Source: Iphione sp. A-MEVVRFRX5 (lineage: Eukaryota). From it: a stretch of 64,000 nucleotides of DNA. Numbering within the stretch: position 1 is the stretch's first letter; each line of letters begins with the position of its first letter. Both the position numbers and the translations under genes were made by a program. The notes beneath the pieces are model-generated. The model was not told where the DNA came from and did no database searches. It saw only the letters and a list, made by a program, of their open reading frames with translations. The DNA lies in the NCBI GenBank assembly GCA_976226885.1, contig OZ320313.1, forward strand, positions 141,298,001 through 141,362,000. The letters run 5' to 3'. Positions 44,616-56,569 of the stretch are shown here, in pieces.

Positions 44616-47600
44616 TCCCTCCCCTCCTTGGAAGTAATGCGCAGCATTACGTAGTTTATTTCCCACCCTCGAACCAAAATTTCATCTAAATTCAGCCCTT
44701 GATGCTGAAGGCATCTCAAGTCAATATGCCTGAGACACCATGCTTCAATAGGGGACAGGACCACATCTGTTACTACCAGGTGGTAGGCATTATAGGTGTA
44801 ACTGGAATACACTGGACTGGATTCATTGGGGGGAGGATATCACAGGATTCAACCACTGTGATGAGTTTTACAAAACATTCCTTGTCTCTTTCATCAATTA
44901 ACAGTGACCTCATTAGCACCTTTGAGACAATGAAGTCACTTGTGACATTAGTTCCCCATTTTCCCGTTACAGGCAATATACAGCACCTATTAGAGTTAGC
45001 TTTTTCCAGAACTTACTTTTTTGCAGGTGTGGAAGATACTCACACATTTTGGATATTCAAGAGGAAGAGTAGAGGAGTGGCATGGCCCGGGTCTGTCACT
45101 ACCATACTAACCAAGAATGACCTGCACCATGCCAAAGAGATGCTCGCTTGGTGGGACAAGCCTAGCCCAGGGGCAACCATGAGGACATTTTTTGGAACGA
45201 ATATTTACAACTGAAAGTTATCCGTTATAGTGACCCAAGGGTTCTAGGACTGCTGCGTCTTTCTTACAGAAAATTCTTCAATAAAACCCCTTACTGTCTA
45301 AAAACATTTCTGCAAGGCAAGAGAGCAAACTAGGCAGTACCATGTTCTTGAAAAACAGGAGACAATAACGACGTACCAAGAACATTTACCACTTATGGTT
45401 AATTTGTCAATTACATCTTAATAACCACAGCCTGAGCAAGCAACAACTTGGTAATACAGGTCATTACAATGATACATGTAGCGCTACAATACACGGTTAA
45501 CAACATCATTACTTATGAGTAAACACTTATTAAAGGTCAAGCAAGAGTATCTGTCTCTCCTGCCAAGTCTGTAATTTTACCGTTCCTCTTTAACGAAACA
45601 CAGAAAAGGGTTGTTCATTCTGCATATACAGCTCTGTGGGGGCTTTAGCATTGGTAGGGTGATAAATCTCAAATCCCTTGGGACCTTGCTTAAATTTCAC
45701 CGTGCTACCATTAACACATTGAATTCACATGGAAAGAGCAACCAGGATGGTGACTACCCAATTACCTTGGTCAAGATATGTGCCTAGGGATCATCTCATC
45801 TAGGAAAAATCCTCACAACCCTCTTGGCCTGTTTATCTTTCATGGGGAACATCATTGGCCAACCAAAATAAATGTCAATAAAGGTCAGGAGATACATGTA
45901 CCCAGCTTCGGATTCCTGATATGGTCCACAGGTATTAACTTCTACCTTCTGAAATGGGAAGACAATGCTCTCCATTTCCCAAAGAGGTCTCAACTGCCTC
46001 CTCAAGTTCCGAGTATTACATGGAACACACACAGAAATATGAGCAACAACATCTTGAACAAATTCTCCCTGTAATATAGTGCTCATACATGGTCATACAT
46101 TTTATCTATCCCATATGTCCCATGCCATCATGTTCCTAATCCAGCACTACACTACGAAACACCTTAGGTACTATTAACCACAGGCAAACTTCCGGATGCT
46201 AGCTAACATAGTACCATAACTACTCCACCTTCCTGTGTTTGAAGCATGTCCGCTCCCTGCGAGTTGGTATTGGGAGTATCCAAATTCATGTTATTCCTGC
46301 TCAATATGGATGAGGAGTCCTCATGGGGCCCTGACTCCGAATCTGTAGAAGCCTGGTCAAGTGGAGCCACCCCACCCTCTTTTCTTGGGGCAATCAATTG
46401 TGGGTCCATTTGACCTGACCAGAGTCTACTCAAAGTATCGGCCTGGACATTCTCCTGACCAGGGATGTATTAAATCTCACAGTCATATTTAGAAAGTTGC
46501 ATAGCCCATTGCTGGATCTTAGCAGGAACAAGAACTTTTATGGCTTATGGTCTGTATGGATTATGAACTTATGCCCATACAAGTAAGCCTGAAACTTCCG
46601 GATCGCAGAGACAATGGCAAAGCCTTCCTTTTCAATCATGGGCCACCTCTGTTGAGTCTTGCTCAGGTGGTGCGACATGTACTGGATAGGTCTTTCGCTG
46701 TTGTCAAATTCTTATGCTAACATGGCTGCAATGCAGGTGTCACTTCTATCAGTATGAAGGATGAATACTCAATCAAACATAGGAAAGGCCAGCAACAGAG
46801 GATTAGTTTTTTCTTCAGTTGCTTCAAAAGCGAGCTGACATTCTTCAGTCCACTGGAACTTGGCACGTTTTCTAGTCATAGCAATCAATGGCACTACAAT
46901 CTGTGCAAAGGGGGGAACGTACCTACGGTAGAAACTAGCCATCCCAATAAAGGAATGAACACCCTTTATGTCCGGAGGCAGTTCCAACTGCAAAATGCTG
47001 GTAACTTTTCCTTCATCCAGCTGCACCCCGTCAGGTGTAATGACATGCCCAAGGTGCTGCGGACAGAAGTGACATTTGCTTCCCTGCAGCTTTAACCCAG
47101 CATTGCGTAGTCGATCAAACACCATTTGCAGATGGCATAAGTGTGTGGACTGGTCCAGAGACCACACCAATATGTCATTGATAGAATTAACGTACCATTA
47201 ATTCCATCTAGGCCTTGAGCCATCAGTTCGCAAAACACACTGGGGGCGTTACACAAGCCAAATGGCATTACATTGAATTTGATCAACCCAGCATGACAAG
47301 CAAATACCGTTTTGGGTCAAGAGGCTTCTTCCATGGGAACCTGATGATACCTGCTTCGGAGGTCAAGGTTAAAAAAACAAGTGCTACCTCCTAAATTCAC
47401 GAGGATATCATCAATATGGGGCAAAGGCCAATTAAACTTTGTCATCACATCATTGACTTGTCTAATCTACACAAAACCGCATGGAGCCATCTCTTTTCTC
47501 CATGAGCACAATCAGTGAAGCCCAGGGACTGCGACTAGTATGAATTATTCCCGTATACAACATCTCTTGGATCTTTTCTTCCACTACTGTCTGACACGAT

Positions 47601-48961
47601 AGCAGAGTATAATAGGGTTTCTGTGCTATAGGCTCATGATCTCCCATATGTATCTCCATAGTGACAAGATGAGTGCATCCGAACTCCATGTCAGAGGCTC
47701 AAAACAAATCCTTGTTATTCACAAGTAACTCCTCCAGAGTTGTCACCAACTCATTAATGACCTGTGGAGTGTGTTACATCATGGTCTGGATAAGTCCCAG
47801 CTCCACGCAAGCCTCATCCGTCACGGGTTCGGTTTCAGCGATGACATTCCCTGTCCTAATCATCAAGGTATGGGTGGTGGTACTCACTATTAGAACAGGC
47901 ATATTTGCTGTTTCATGCAGGTCAAACAATTCGCTACTATGACTCCAGGTTCCTCTGACAGGTAACTCTGTTGTGAGCCCTTCACTATCATAGCAGTGGG
48001 TAATCCTTCAATGGAAGTCCCCTTTTGCCTACATCATCCGAACATCAATACAGCAGTGTCTGGGGGCAGCACCATGTCAGCCTCTGCTCGCACAATGGCT
48101 TCAATTTGTTGTTTGCTGATCATAGGAATAAGCAATGACCCACACCTCACAAAACCTTGTTCCAGCAACAACTGCATCGGGTGTTGACTCAACCAGTCCC
48201 ACCCAAGGATGAACGTATGCTGAGAGTGAGTAATTACTTGGAACTCAGCAGCAAACGGCGCGTCCGTAAGATGGTAAACTTAATTGGGGTAGTGCCTTCT
48301 TGTTTGATCTCACCACCATCCATGCCCCGTAAGGCAGTGGTTGATGGGCCTACAGTAGAGGCGAAGGCTTCCTCAAACTATGGTCTACATCCTCCCTAAC
48401 TACCGATACATCAGCTCCAGTATCCAATAGAGCACGGTACCCATAAGGACCTATCTTGGTCTTAATTGTTGGCCTATCTGACATCCTGTACTTCACTATG
48501 AATCAATTACTTAGAGGGAGTTTTATTTGGACACTGAGACTAGAAGTGTCTGTACTTCTTACAACCATAACATTGGACCTTCTTAACCACTTTGAGAAGC
48601 AACATTTGGGGGCCACCCTCCTTTTGTCCCCTTAACTTAGCTTTCATGGCATAGCAATTCTTTGCCACTTGCTTCGGCTTCCCGCAACAATAACAATTTC
48701 TCTAAAACCGTTTCTGCCTGCATCAATGGCATCCACTTCCATAGGGGTGTGCTCATCTCAGCCTCTCAAAGTGATATGCAGGAGGACTTCCGTTTCTCCT
48801 CCCACACATCTAACAGTGGCAACGAAATCTTCTGGACCCTCCCGTATGACTTTTCTAGCTACCAAAACCTCAACCAATTGATGTTGCATGGCAGCTTGTC
48901 ACATATCCTCCTCAGTGAAAGTATCACTTGCAAGGTCTAACAACCGTTCAGAATACATGTA

Positions 48962-49596
48962 CAGTAGAACCCCTCAACAACGGACACTGAAGGGACTGTA
49001 GCCAAAGCGTCCGTTGTCGGGGGTGTCTGCTGTGTCTGGGCTACCCCTTCTATCTCGGTAGGGGATCAGCGGCAGAAGGTAGGTTATCAATGGCAGAGAG
49101 TAGGATGGCAACAACAGAAGGTAGGACAGCAGTGGCAGAAGGTAGGATGGCAGCCGCAGAAGGTAGGACAGAAGGGGCAGAAGGTAGGATGGCAGTGGTT
49201 CCTCCAAGGTGACAAGACAAGGTCGCAACTCTCCCAGGTGTGGGGACTCATCAAAGGCATGGACCGTCAGGACAAGGTCGCGCTTCTCTCAGGTGTGAGA
49301 GTCCTTCAAAGAAGGGTGTCAGGACAAGGTCATGCCTCTCTCGGGTGTGAGAGTCCTTCAAAGAAGGTGTCAAGAAGGTGACTGACGGGTGGGTGTCTGC
49401 TGTAGACCCTGTAAAATCAGGGTTAGGGACTGTCTAGGGACTGTCCGAAGGTGGGGTGTCCGCTCTCTCTGAGTGTCCGCTGTGTCCAGGCGCCATTAGA
49501 CATGATAAAGAGGGTTTCTGTTTGGGACTGGCACCAGGGCATCCGCTGTAGGAGGCATCCGCTGTGTCCGGGCGTCCGTAGAGAGGGGTTCCCCTG
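48962..49596. mobile_element. Tc1/mariner-Tigger-like MITE inserted in gag
   Basis: TA-cagtagaacccctc ... gaggggttcccctg-TA (TA at 48960-48961 and 49597-49598). Internal 21-bp and roughly 52-bp tandem repeats. Removing it restores the gag frame KQKSNETVYMYSERLLDLA. Confidence 0.85.
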
Positions 49597-51226
49597 TACA
49601 CAGTTTCATTTGATTTCTGCTTACACTTCCTGAGGAGTCCCTTTGCATGTACCAGATCAATCACCTCATCAAACCTTTGGGACAGTTGGTTGCAAGACCT
49701 TTCCCATTTGGGAGGCGTTAAGACTGGTTCCACTACCTGTAGGTTGCCTCCCCACAGTCACTCGTCCTGTTCCTGGATATATCAAATGATGTAATCTGCC
49801 ACTGGGCCTTTGGCTGTCAGCTGTGCTAATCACTGCTTGAAACAAATAGTGGCTTCTGGTTGAGTTGTGAACCATACCCTGGCATGTTCAATTGCTTTCA
49901 GCCAAGGCTTAAAATTCTTTGGTTTCCTGTCAAAACTAGAAACTGACTGTTTAGCTCCTTGGATGCTTAGATTTTCAGTAACTTTTGCAAGGTGTCAATC
50001 AATACCCCAAAAACACTGTTGTAAATTGGGATTTGGTTCGTGGGGATCAACGTTCATGTGGCGTGGAGGACCTGGATCTTGTGGCTCTGCCATAAGGAAG
50101 GATTACAAAGGTAAAGCCTGCCATTCAGCTTCCTTCCATACCGTGATAAGCTCGGAGGTCCCACAGCCTGGTATTAATTTACAAGCTAGGTAGCCCATCA
50201 CACCTATTAGGATGGCGAGTACCAATATCATGATAACAAGGTACCCCACAGATCGGGAGTCCAATTCTAAAGTGGTCATATCTATCTTTAATTACAAGGT
50301 GACCTCCAGAATCTTACCCTCAAGATCCTGACTTAAGTTTGACTTGGCAGAAAAGTGATCAGAACCCTTGCTCACCTTTCATTCCCATGGCTGCACTGTA
50401 GGGTCTCCTTGTTCTGCTGATGTAGTCCCTTCTACCCAGGAGATGCAGTTCTGTGGGTGGCAACAGGTTACGACCCCAACCAATGCTGGCATACCAAAGG
50501 AAGTGCACAACCTCCTGGTACACCTGTCCCAACCACAGCACCATCTGGCTCCTCTGCATCTGATATTCGACATCTTCCACCAGCCTCTCCTCGCGTCATC
50601 GGTTCAGGATGTGATGTAGGTCTTGTGGCTCAGTGTCGTGGAGGTGTTTTGGGCTTGTCGCTGTCCTGCCCACCTCAGCAGTGGGTAACTGCAGCTGTCC
50701 AGACCCCTCGTGTCCCTCTGTAGTGATTTATACTGTTAACCGGCCCATGCAAAAGTCAGGGGACATGCCGTTAATGCCCTCCGGTGCCGTCTGCCTCTTG
50801 GCTGCCCTTGGTAGCTGGAGATGCACCACCCTTTGCTTAGCTTGCTTGAAGGGGGTGAGTCTCGTCAGGTCAAGCGCCTTTTCTTCAGAGGCAAAGGTGC
50901 CCTTCGGTGGTTCCCACTCGCGAACACATCTAAGAGGATCGAGGCAGTCCTTAGTGACCAACAGCAATCTTGCTGGCCATCCCAAGACACCAAAAGATCA
51001 CTCCACGTCTCATTTGGGACTCGCCGAAATGAGTGTGAAGCGGCTGGCATCCTTCAATGTGGCACGGCGTGTAAGTGGTATGATGGTTTGTGGCTTCTGC
51101 AATCTCCCTAATGAAGGTTGGCGTGTCCGTGTCCAAATCAGGTTTGCTACATCCTAAGTAATACTGTCTTAGCTGATCCTGGTCATGGCATGAAAAGAGA
51201 TGGGTGTAGCACAAAGCCAACACCAC

Positions 51227-51674
51227 AGTGTCAGGTTTGATATCAGACTTTTATTCTTCTTCAGCAACTAGTACAGTGAGCCAGAAATTCAGCAGCAGCA
51301 GGAAGGCGAGTCTGACAAGAGTGTTGGACTGCTCATGTTATATACTCCACCTGCTAACAGTGACAACGCAGTTTACTTGTGCCGGACGTAGTCTTTCATT
51401 ACATGTCAACTACACATCAGGTTGTTACGACTTAGGTATCATGACATTAAAAGCGCCCGGCATCCAGGGTCTCATAAAGGATCACTGATCCTTCATTGTT
51501 CATAAAGTGACTCAACACAAAATAGAATCTGCCAGATGAAAAATTTTGTTTTTGCCACTTACAGTACTTCGTAATGAGGCTTTACTTCAGTATTTCTGTC
51601 TGTACACTATACAATATTTTACCCTTTAAGAACATCTCTTCTAACAACACATCATCACCTTTATCCGAACTGTG
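51227..51674 (-). repeat. 5' LTR of the minus-strand Gypsy
   Basis: Homologous to 44294-44610. On the minus strand it ends AATAAAAGTCTGATATCAAACCTGACA and is followed by a degenerate TGGTG PBS. The outer TGTAA is missing. Confidence 0.75.
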
Positions 51675-51699
51675 AGAGTGAAGTGAAACACTGTCTGCC

Positions 51700-54600
51700 A
51701 GAGTTACCCCCTACTGAGGTGGGTAGGACGGTGAATCACGCAGACCAACCCCAAGACATGGAGCTGAATGACCTGTGCCATGTACTGAACTAACGAAGGG
51801 GCAAGGAGCGATTGACTGACAATGTACAACACTGGACCAAGCGAATTCTGACGGTGCTTCAAACTGGACAGGTGTCACAGGAGGTCACGCACTTTCTATG
51901 GTATGCCAGTGTTGGCCGTTGCCGGAACTTTGTGCCACCTGAAGAGCTACATCAGCTGGCAAGACATGACTAGGCTGCAAGACAACAACTCCATCACTCC
52001 ACAACCATGAAAATAAAAGGTGAGCGATAGTTTTGATCACTTTTCTGCCAAGAAATAGTCTGGGATTTGTGGAGGGTAGGATCCTAGAGAGACCTTCAAA
52101 AATTAAAAGAAAATGAATGCCTTGAAATAAGATTCTCAATCCTTAGGATACCTTGTTTTGATGATTATTGTATTTGTGGTCCTGGTAGGAATCTGGGCTA
52201 CCTGGCATGCAAGTTAATACCAGGATGGAGAATGGATGAGAGTCACTGTTCGGAAGGAGCCTGAACCCCATCCCTTAGCTTAAGAAGCTCAGACCTGCCA
52301 GACCCCATGAAAAAATCCAAAATTACAACAGTGTTTCCAGAGTATTGACAGGCATCTTGCCAAGGTCACTGAAAATTTAAGTATTCAGCTAAGCAGGTTG
52401 TACCTATTTTTGATGGGAAGCCAAAGAATTTTAAGCCATGGATGAAGGCCATTGAACATGCTACCCTAGGATTTGTCACTCAACCTCAGGCAGCCATATG
52501 CTTTAAGCAGCATTTAATACAACTAACTGCTGAGGGGCCGGTGGCTGATTATATCATTCAGTACATTAAGGAAGAAGACAACCGATTAAAGGGAGATGAC
52601 CCCCAGATCGTAGAACCTGTGTTGACACCACCTGAATGGGAAAGGTTCTGTAATCAACTCCCTCCAAGGTTTGGGGAAGTAATTGATCCCGTTTATGCTA
52701 AAGGACTATTAAGAAAGTGTAGGCTGTGTATGTGTATTCTGAGCGGTTGTTAGATCTAGCCTATGATGCATTTACCGAGGTAGAAATGCATCAGACTGTC
52801 ATGCAACAGAAGCTAGTTAAATTCTTTACCAATGGGTTGAAAAATGCCCAGGTTGCCCAAAAAATCATTCACGAAGCCCCGCAGGATTATGTTGCTGCAG
52901 TGAGGTGTGTGGGAGGAGAATCTGAGGTCCTCAGGCACATTACACTGAGGGGTCAAGATGAGCATACTCCTATGGAGGTTGATGCCATTGAGGCAAGTAA
53001 AAAGCAATTTAAAGGGAATTGTTACTGCTGTGGGACGCCGGTCCATGCAGCCAAAAACTGTTATGCTGCTAAGGCCAAGTTGAGGGATCAGAAGGAGGGT
53101 GGTCCTCAGACTCCACTTCCCAGGGTAGTGAAGAAGGTTCAGTGTTATGGTTGCAAGAAATACAAACACTTCCAGTCTCAGTGTCCTAGTAATACCACAA
53201 CCGATTAGGAGATCCTTGTAGAAGTGCAGGATGATGGACAGGCCAACTATTAAAATTAAGATCAGACCTTATGGGTACCACGCCCTGTTGGATACAGGGG
53301 CAGATGTGTCTGTAGTTAGGGAGGATGTGTATCGAAGCCTGAGACAAAGAGAGCTTGCCACTGCTGTGGGTCCTTTAGCCACAGCCTTACAAGGTGTGGA
53401 TAGGGGTGAATTGAAACAGGAAGGGACCACACTTATTGAATTTACCATGTTGGGAAAACCATTTTCCACCGAATTCCATGTAATAGCATGACCAAGGCCA
53501 ACTTTTATCCTTGGATGGAATTGGCTAGGCCAACATCCCATGCAGCTGTTACAGAGCAGGGATTTGTGAAGTGTGTGTCATTACTAATTCCCATGATTGG
53601 AGAACAGCAAATTGAAACAAAAGTATGTGCGGAGGCTGATACAGTTTTGCCATCCAGTACCAGTGTGCTGATGTTTGGGAAGTGAAGAAACAAGGGAGAT
53701 GCTAGTGAAGGATCCCCCATTGCTATGATTGTTTAGGGTACCTGCCAAAATTATCTGGCTGAGGAACCTGGAGTCATAGTGGCAAACTGTTTGACCCAAA
53801 CCACCATGATGATTGTGCCCGCCCTGATAGTCAACACCACCACACGGACCCTAATGATTAGGACAGGGAATGTTATGGCCAAAATGCTGCTGTTTGCATG
53901 GAGCTAGGGTTAATCCAGACCACCCTGCAACCCACTCCAAGGGCCATCACGGAGTCAGTAATGACTCTAGAGGAGTTGCTGGCTAATAACGAGGACCTCT
54001 TTGCGGCCTTGGATGTGGAGTTGGGATGCACTCACTTGGCTACCATGGATATTGACATGAACTTATAGCACAAAAGCCTTATCATACTCCCCTGTCATGA
54101 CAAGCAGTAGTGGAGGAAAAGATCCAGGGAACATTGGATGCTCGGATAATCTGCACTAGCCGAAGCCCATGGGCCTCACCTATCATGTTGGTGGAGAAGA
54201 AGGACAGCTCCATGAGGTTTTGTGCAGATTATAGAAGGGTTAATGATATCACCATCAAGTTTAATTGGCCCTTGCCTCACATCAATGATATCCTAGCTAA
54301 ATTGGGAGGTAGCACATGTTTTTTGACACTTGACCTTAGGAACAGGTATCATCAGGTTCCCATGGAAGATACCTCTTGGCCCAAGACAGCTTTCGTATGC
54401 CACACCTGTTTTGTGAATTTAATGTGATGCCATATGGATTGTGTAATGCACCCAGTGTATTTTGTGAACTGATGGCCAAAGTCTTGGACAGAATTAATGG
54501 CACATTCACAACGGCTTATACTGATGACATATTGGTGTGGTTGCCTGATCAGTCCACACACTTGCGTCATCTGCAAATGATGTTTGATTGGTTACGTAAT

Positions 54601-56380
54601 GCAGGACTCAAACTGAAAGCAGAGTAAGTGTGACTTCTTCTGTCCACAATTGCAGTACCTGGGGCATGTCATTACACCCCATGGTGTGTAGGCGGACCAA
54701 GTTAAGGTTGCTAACATTGCGGAGCTGGAGCTGCCTACCAATGTTAAGGGAGTCTGTTCTTTTATTGGGATGGCTAGTTTCTATCGGAGGTATGTTCTGG
54801 CTTTCACAAAGAAGCAGAGCCGTTGATTGCCATGACAAGGAAGCATGCTGAGTCCCATTAGACCTCTGAGTGCCAAGTAGTTTTTGAGACACTGAAAGAC
54901 AAACTTACTAATCCTCCATTATTGGCCTTTCCAATGTTTGCCTGTGTTTTCATCCTGTACACTGATGTGAGTGATGCCTGCATCTGAGCCATGTCGGCAC
55001 AAGAATTTGATAATGGCGAGAAGCCTATTCAGTATATGTCACACCACCTTAGTGAAACTCAACAGAGGTGGCCCATAATCAAGAAGGAAGGCTTTGCCAT
55101 TGTCTCTGCAAATCTGAAAGTTTATAGTCCGTACTGATCACAAGCCATTAAAGTTCCTGTATAAGTCTAAACAGAAGAATGCTAAGGTCCTACAATGGGC
55201 TATGCAACTTTCTGAAATACCATCCTGCTGTGAACGATAATGTTGAGCAGATGCACCAAGTTTGGAATGATGTCATGACTAAGTTGGCTTAGGGAGATAT
55301 GGCATACTTGGAAAGGCCCATACCCTCTGCTTTGTTGGTTTTGCATATGAGTATGAACGAGTCAACAAGGTATACCTCATGTATGCAAGGGACCCAGTAT
55401 TGCTCCAACCACAGTTGAGGTATTATGGGGAGGAGCATCATAAGCTTGCTTTACAGTGACATCATCAGGCAATGACGGTGGTTCATAGGAATGTCACTAA
55501 GGCACGACGGTGCATGAAGAAGTACCATGACCAACGAGCCACCAATGTGTCCTTTGAAATAGGGGATCCAGTGTATGTACAGAACCCCCTGCATTGTCAT
55601 AAGCTTAATTTGAGGTAGTAAACTTAATCATGAAAAAGCTTACTCCTGTCAACTTTGTGATAAAAGATCAGGTGACGGGGAAGTTGATGAAGGTCCATAG
55701 TGATCGTTTGCACTTGACTAACCTTGACTGGCAGTTGCCGAAATGTGATGGTGGGAGACTGCACCATTGTGTTGCATTAGCCGGAGATGGGATGCCTTCC
55801 AATTTAGATGGAAGTTTGTCCAGGCCATTGAATGGTTCCAATGGGTTATATTCCCCAGATGAGATTTCCCTTGCCTAGTTATTTGAAAGAGAATGGCAGC
55901 ATGAAATTTGTGATCTGCAGAATGACCCAATCTTCAACAGGAAGAGGGACAGGTCGAGGTGGAGGGCCCAGTTGCTGGAAACATTGATCCACCAGGTCAG
56001 GTGCATCAACCTGATGAGATAGTACCTGGTCCCGAGGCCGAGGACCATGGTGAAGGGTTAGGAGTGTTGTGTGACCAACTGGTCACCCATACAGTAAGGT
56101 AACATGAGGCTGGAGAGGAGGCTATTGCTCCAGTCAAAACGCTGGTTATCCCACTAGTGGGAGGGGAGCAACCTTGGTGGAGACAAGGTGATCTGCCAGA
56201 GGACCCAGTGCTGTGGGCAGACAGGACACATCCCCCCACTTATGCCAACAGAAGGAATCAGGGACCCAAAGGGAACCACGTTATCATACTGGGCAGTTAT
56301 GAAAAGGGAACAAACCTTGGCAAGTGAATTGCCACCTATGCAGAAACGGGCCTGTCAAGAATAGACACAGGGGCCATGGT
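51700..56380 (+). mobile_element. Decayed Ty3/Gypsy element related to the minus-strand copy, interrupted by the young element
   Basis: ORF0 relic 51758-52036. Gag 52442-53208 (PMEVD, CYCC...H..KNC). Protease ALLDTGADVS at 53231. RT SRSPWAS/YTDDILV 54110-54900. RNase H about 54950-55200. Integrase core deleted, C-terminal VHSDRL at about 55700. Confidence 0.9.
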
Positions 56381-56382
56381 AT

Positions 56383-56569
56383 TGTTGCGGGCTCCACTCA
56401 GCGGAGCCCGCTGTTGGCGGAAGTTGAGAATTTGGGGCTCCGCCCGGAGTAGCATTCTGTATATAAGTCGGGCCGGGCGGAGCTTCGTTGTCATTAGTGT
56501 CCTGTCTCTTAAGGAATAAACTTCATCAACTGTTATCTTGGAGTCATGTCCCTTCGATCGGGGCAAACA
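56383..56569 (+). repeat. 5' LTR (about 190 bp; 5' boundary 56383 or 56412)
   Basis: TGTTG start, TATATAAG 56460-56467, Inr TCATT 56491-56495, AATAAA 56515-56520, end GGGCAAACA at 56569. A 9-bp hairpin gcgggctcc/ggagcccgc lies at 56387-56411. Confidence 0.8.

Larger units (their letters stand above)
44200..51674 (-). mobile_element. Decayed full-length Ty3/Gypsy element (LTR, ORF0, gag, pol, LTR)
   Basis: Gag relics 48530-49730. Protease ALLDTGADVS (about 48420). RT SRSPWASLIV and VMPFGLCNAPSVF (47690-46770). RNase H 46750-46430. Integrase N-terminus CVPCNT...GPYQESEAG (46086-45796). Many stops and frameshifts. Confidence 0.9.

Noticed and set aside
48974-49228. Leu-rich PSYLLPL repeat protein
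   Set aside because: It is the translation of the 21-bp tandem repeat inside the MITE.
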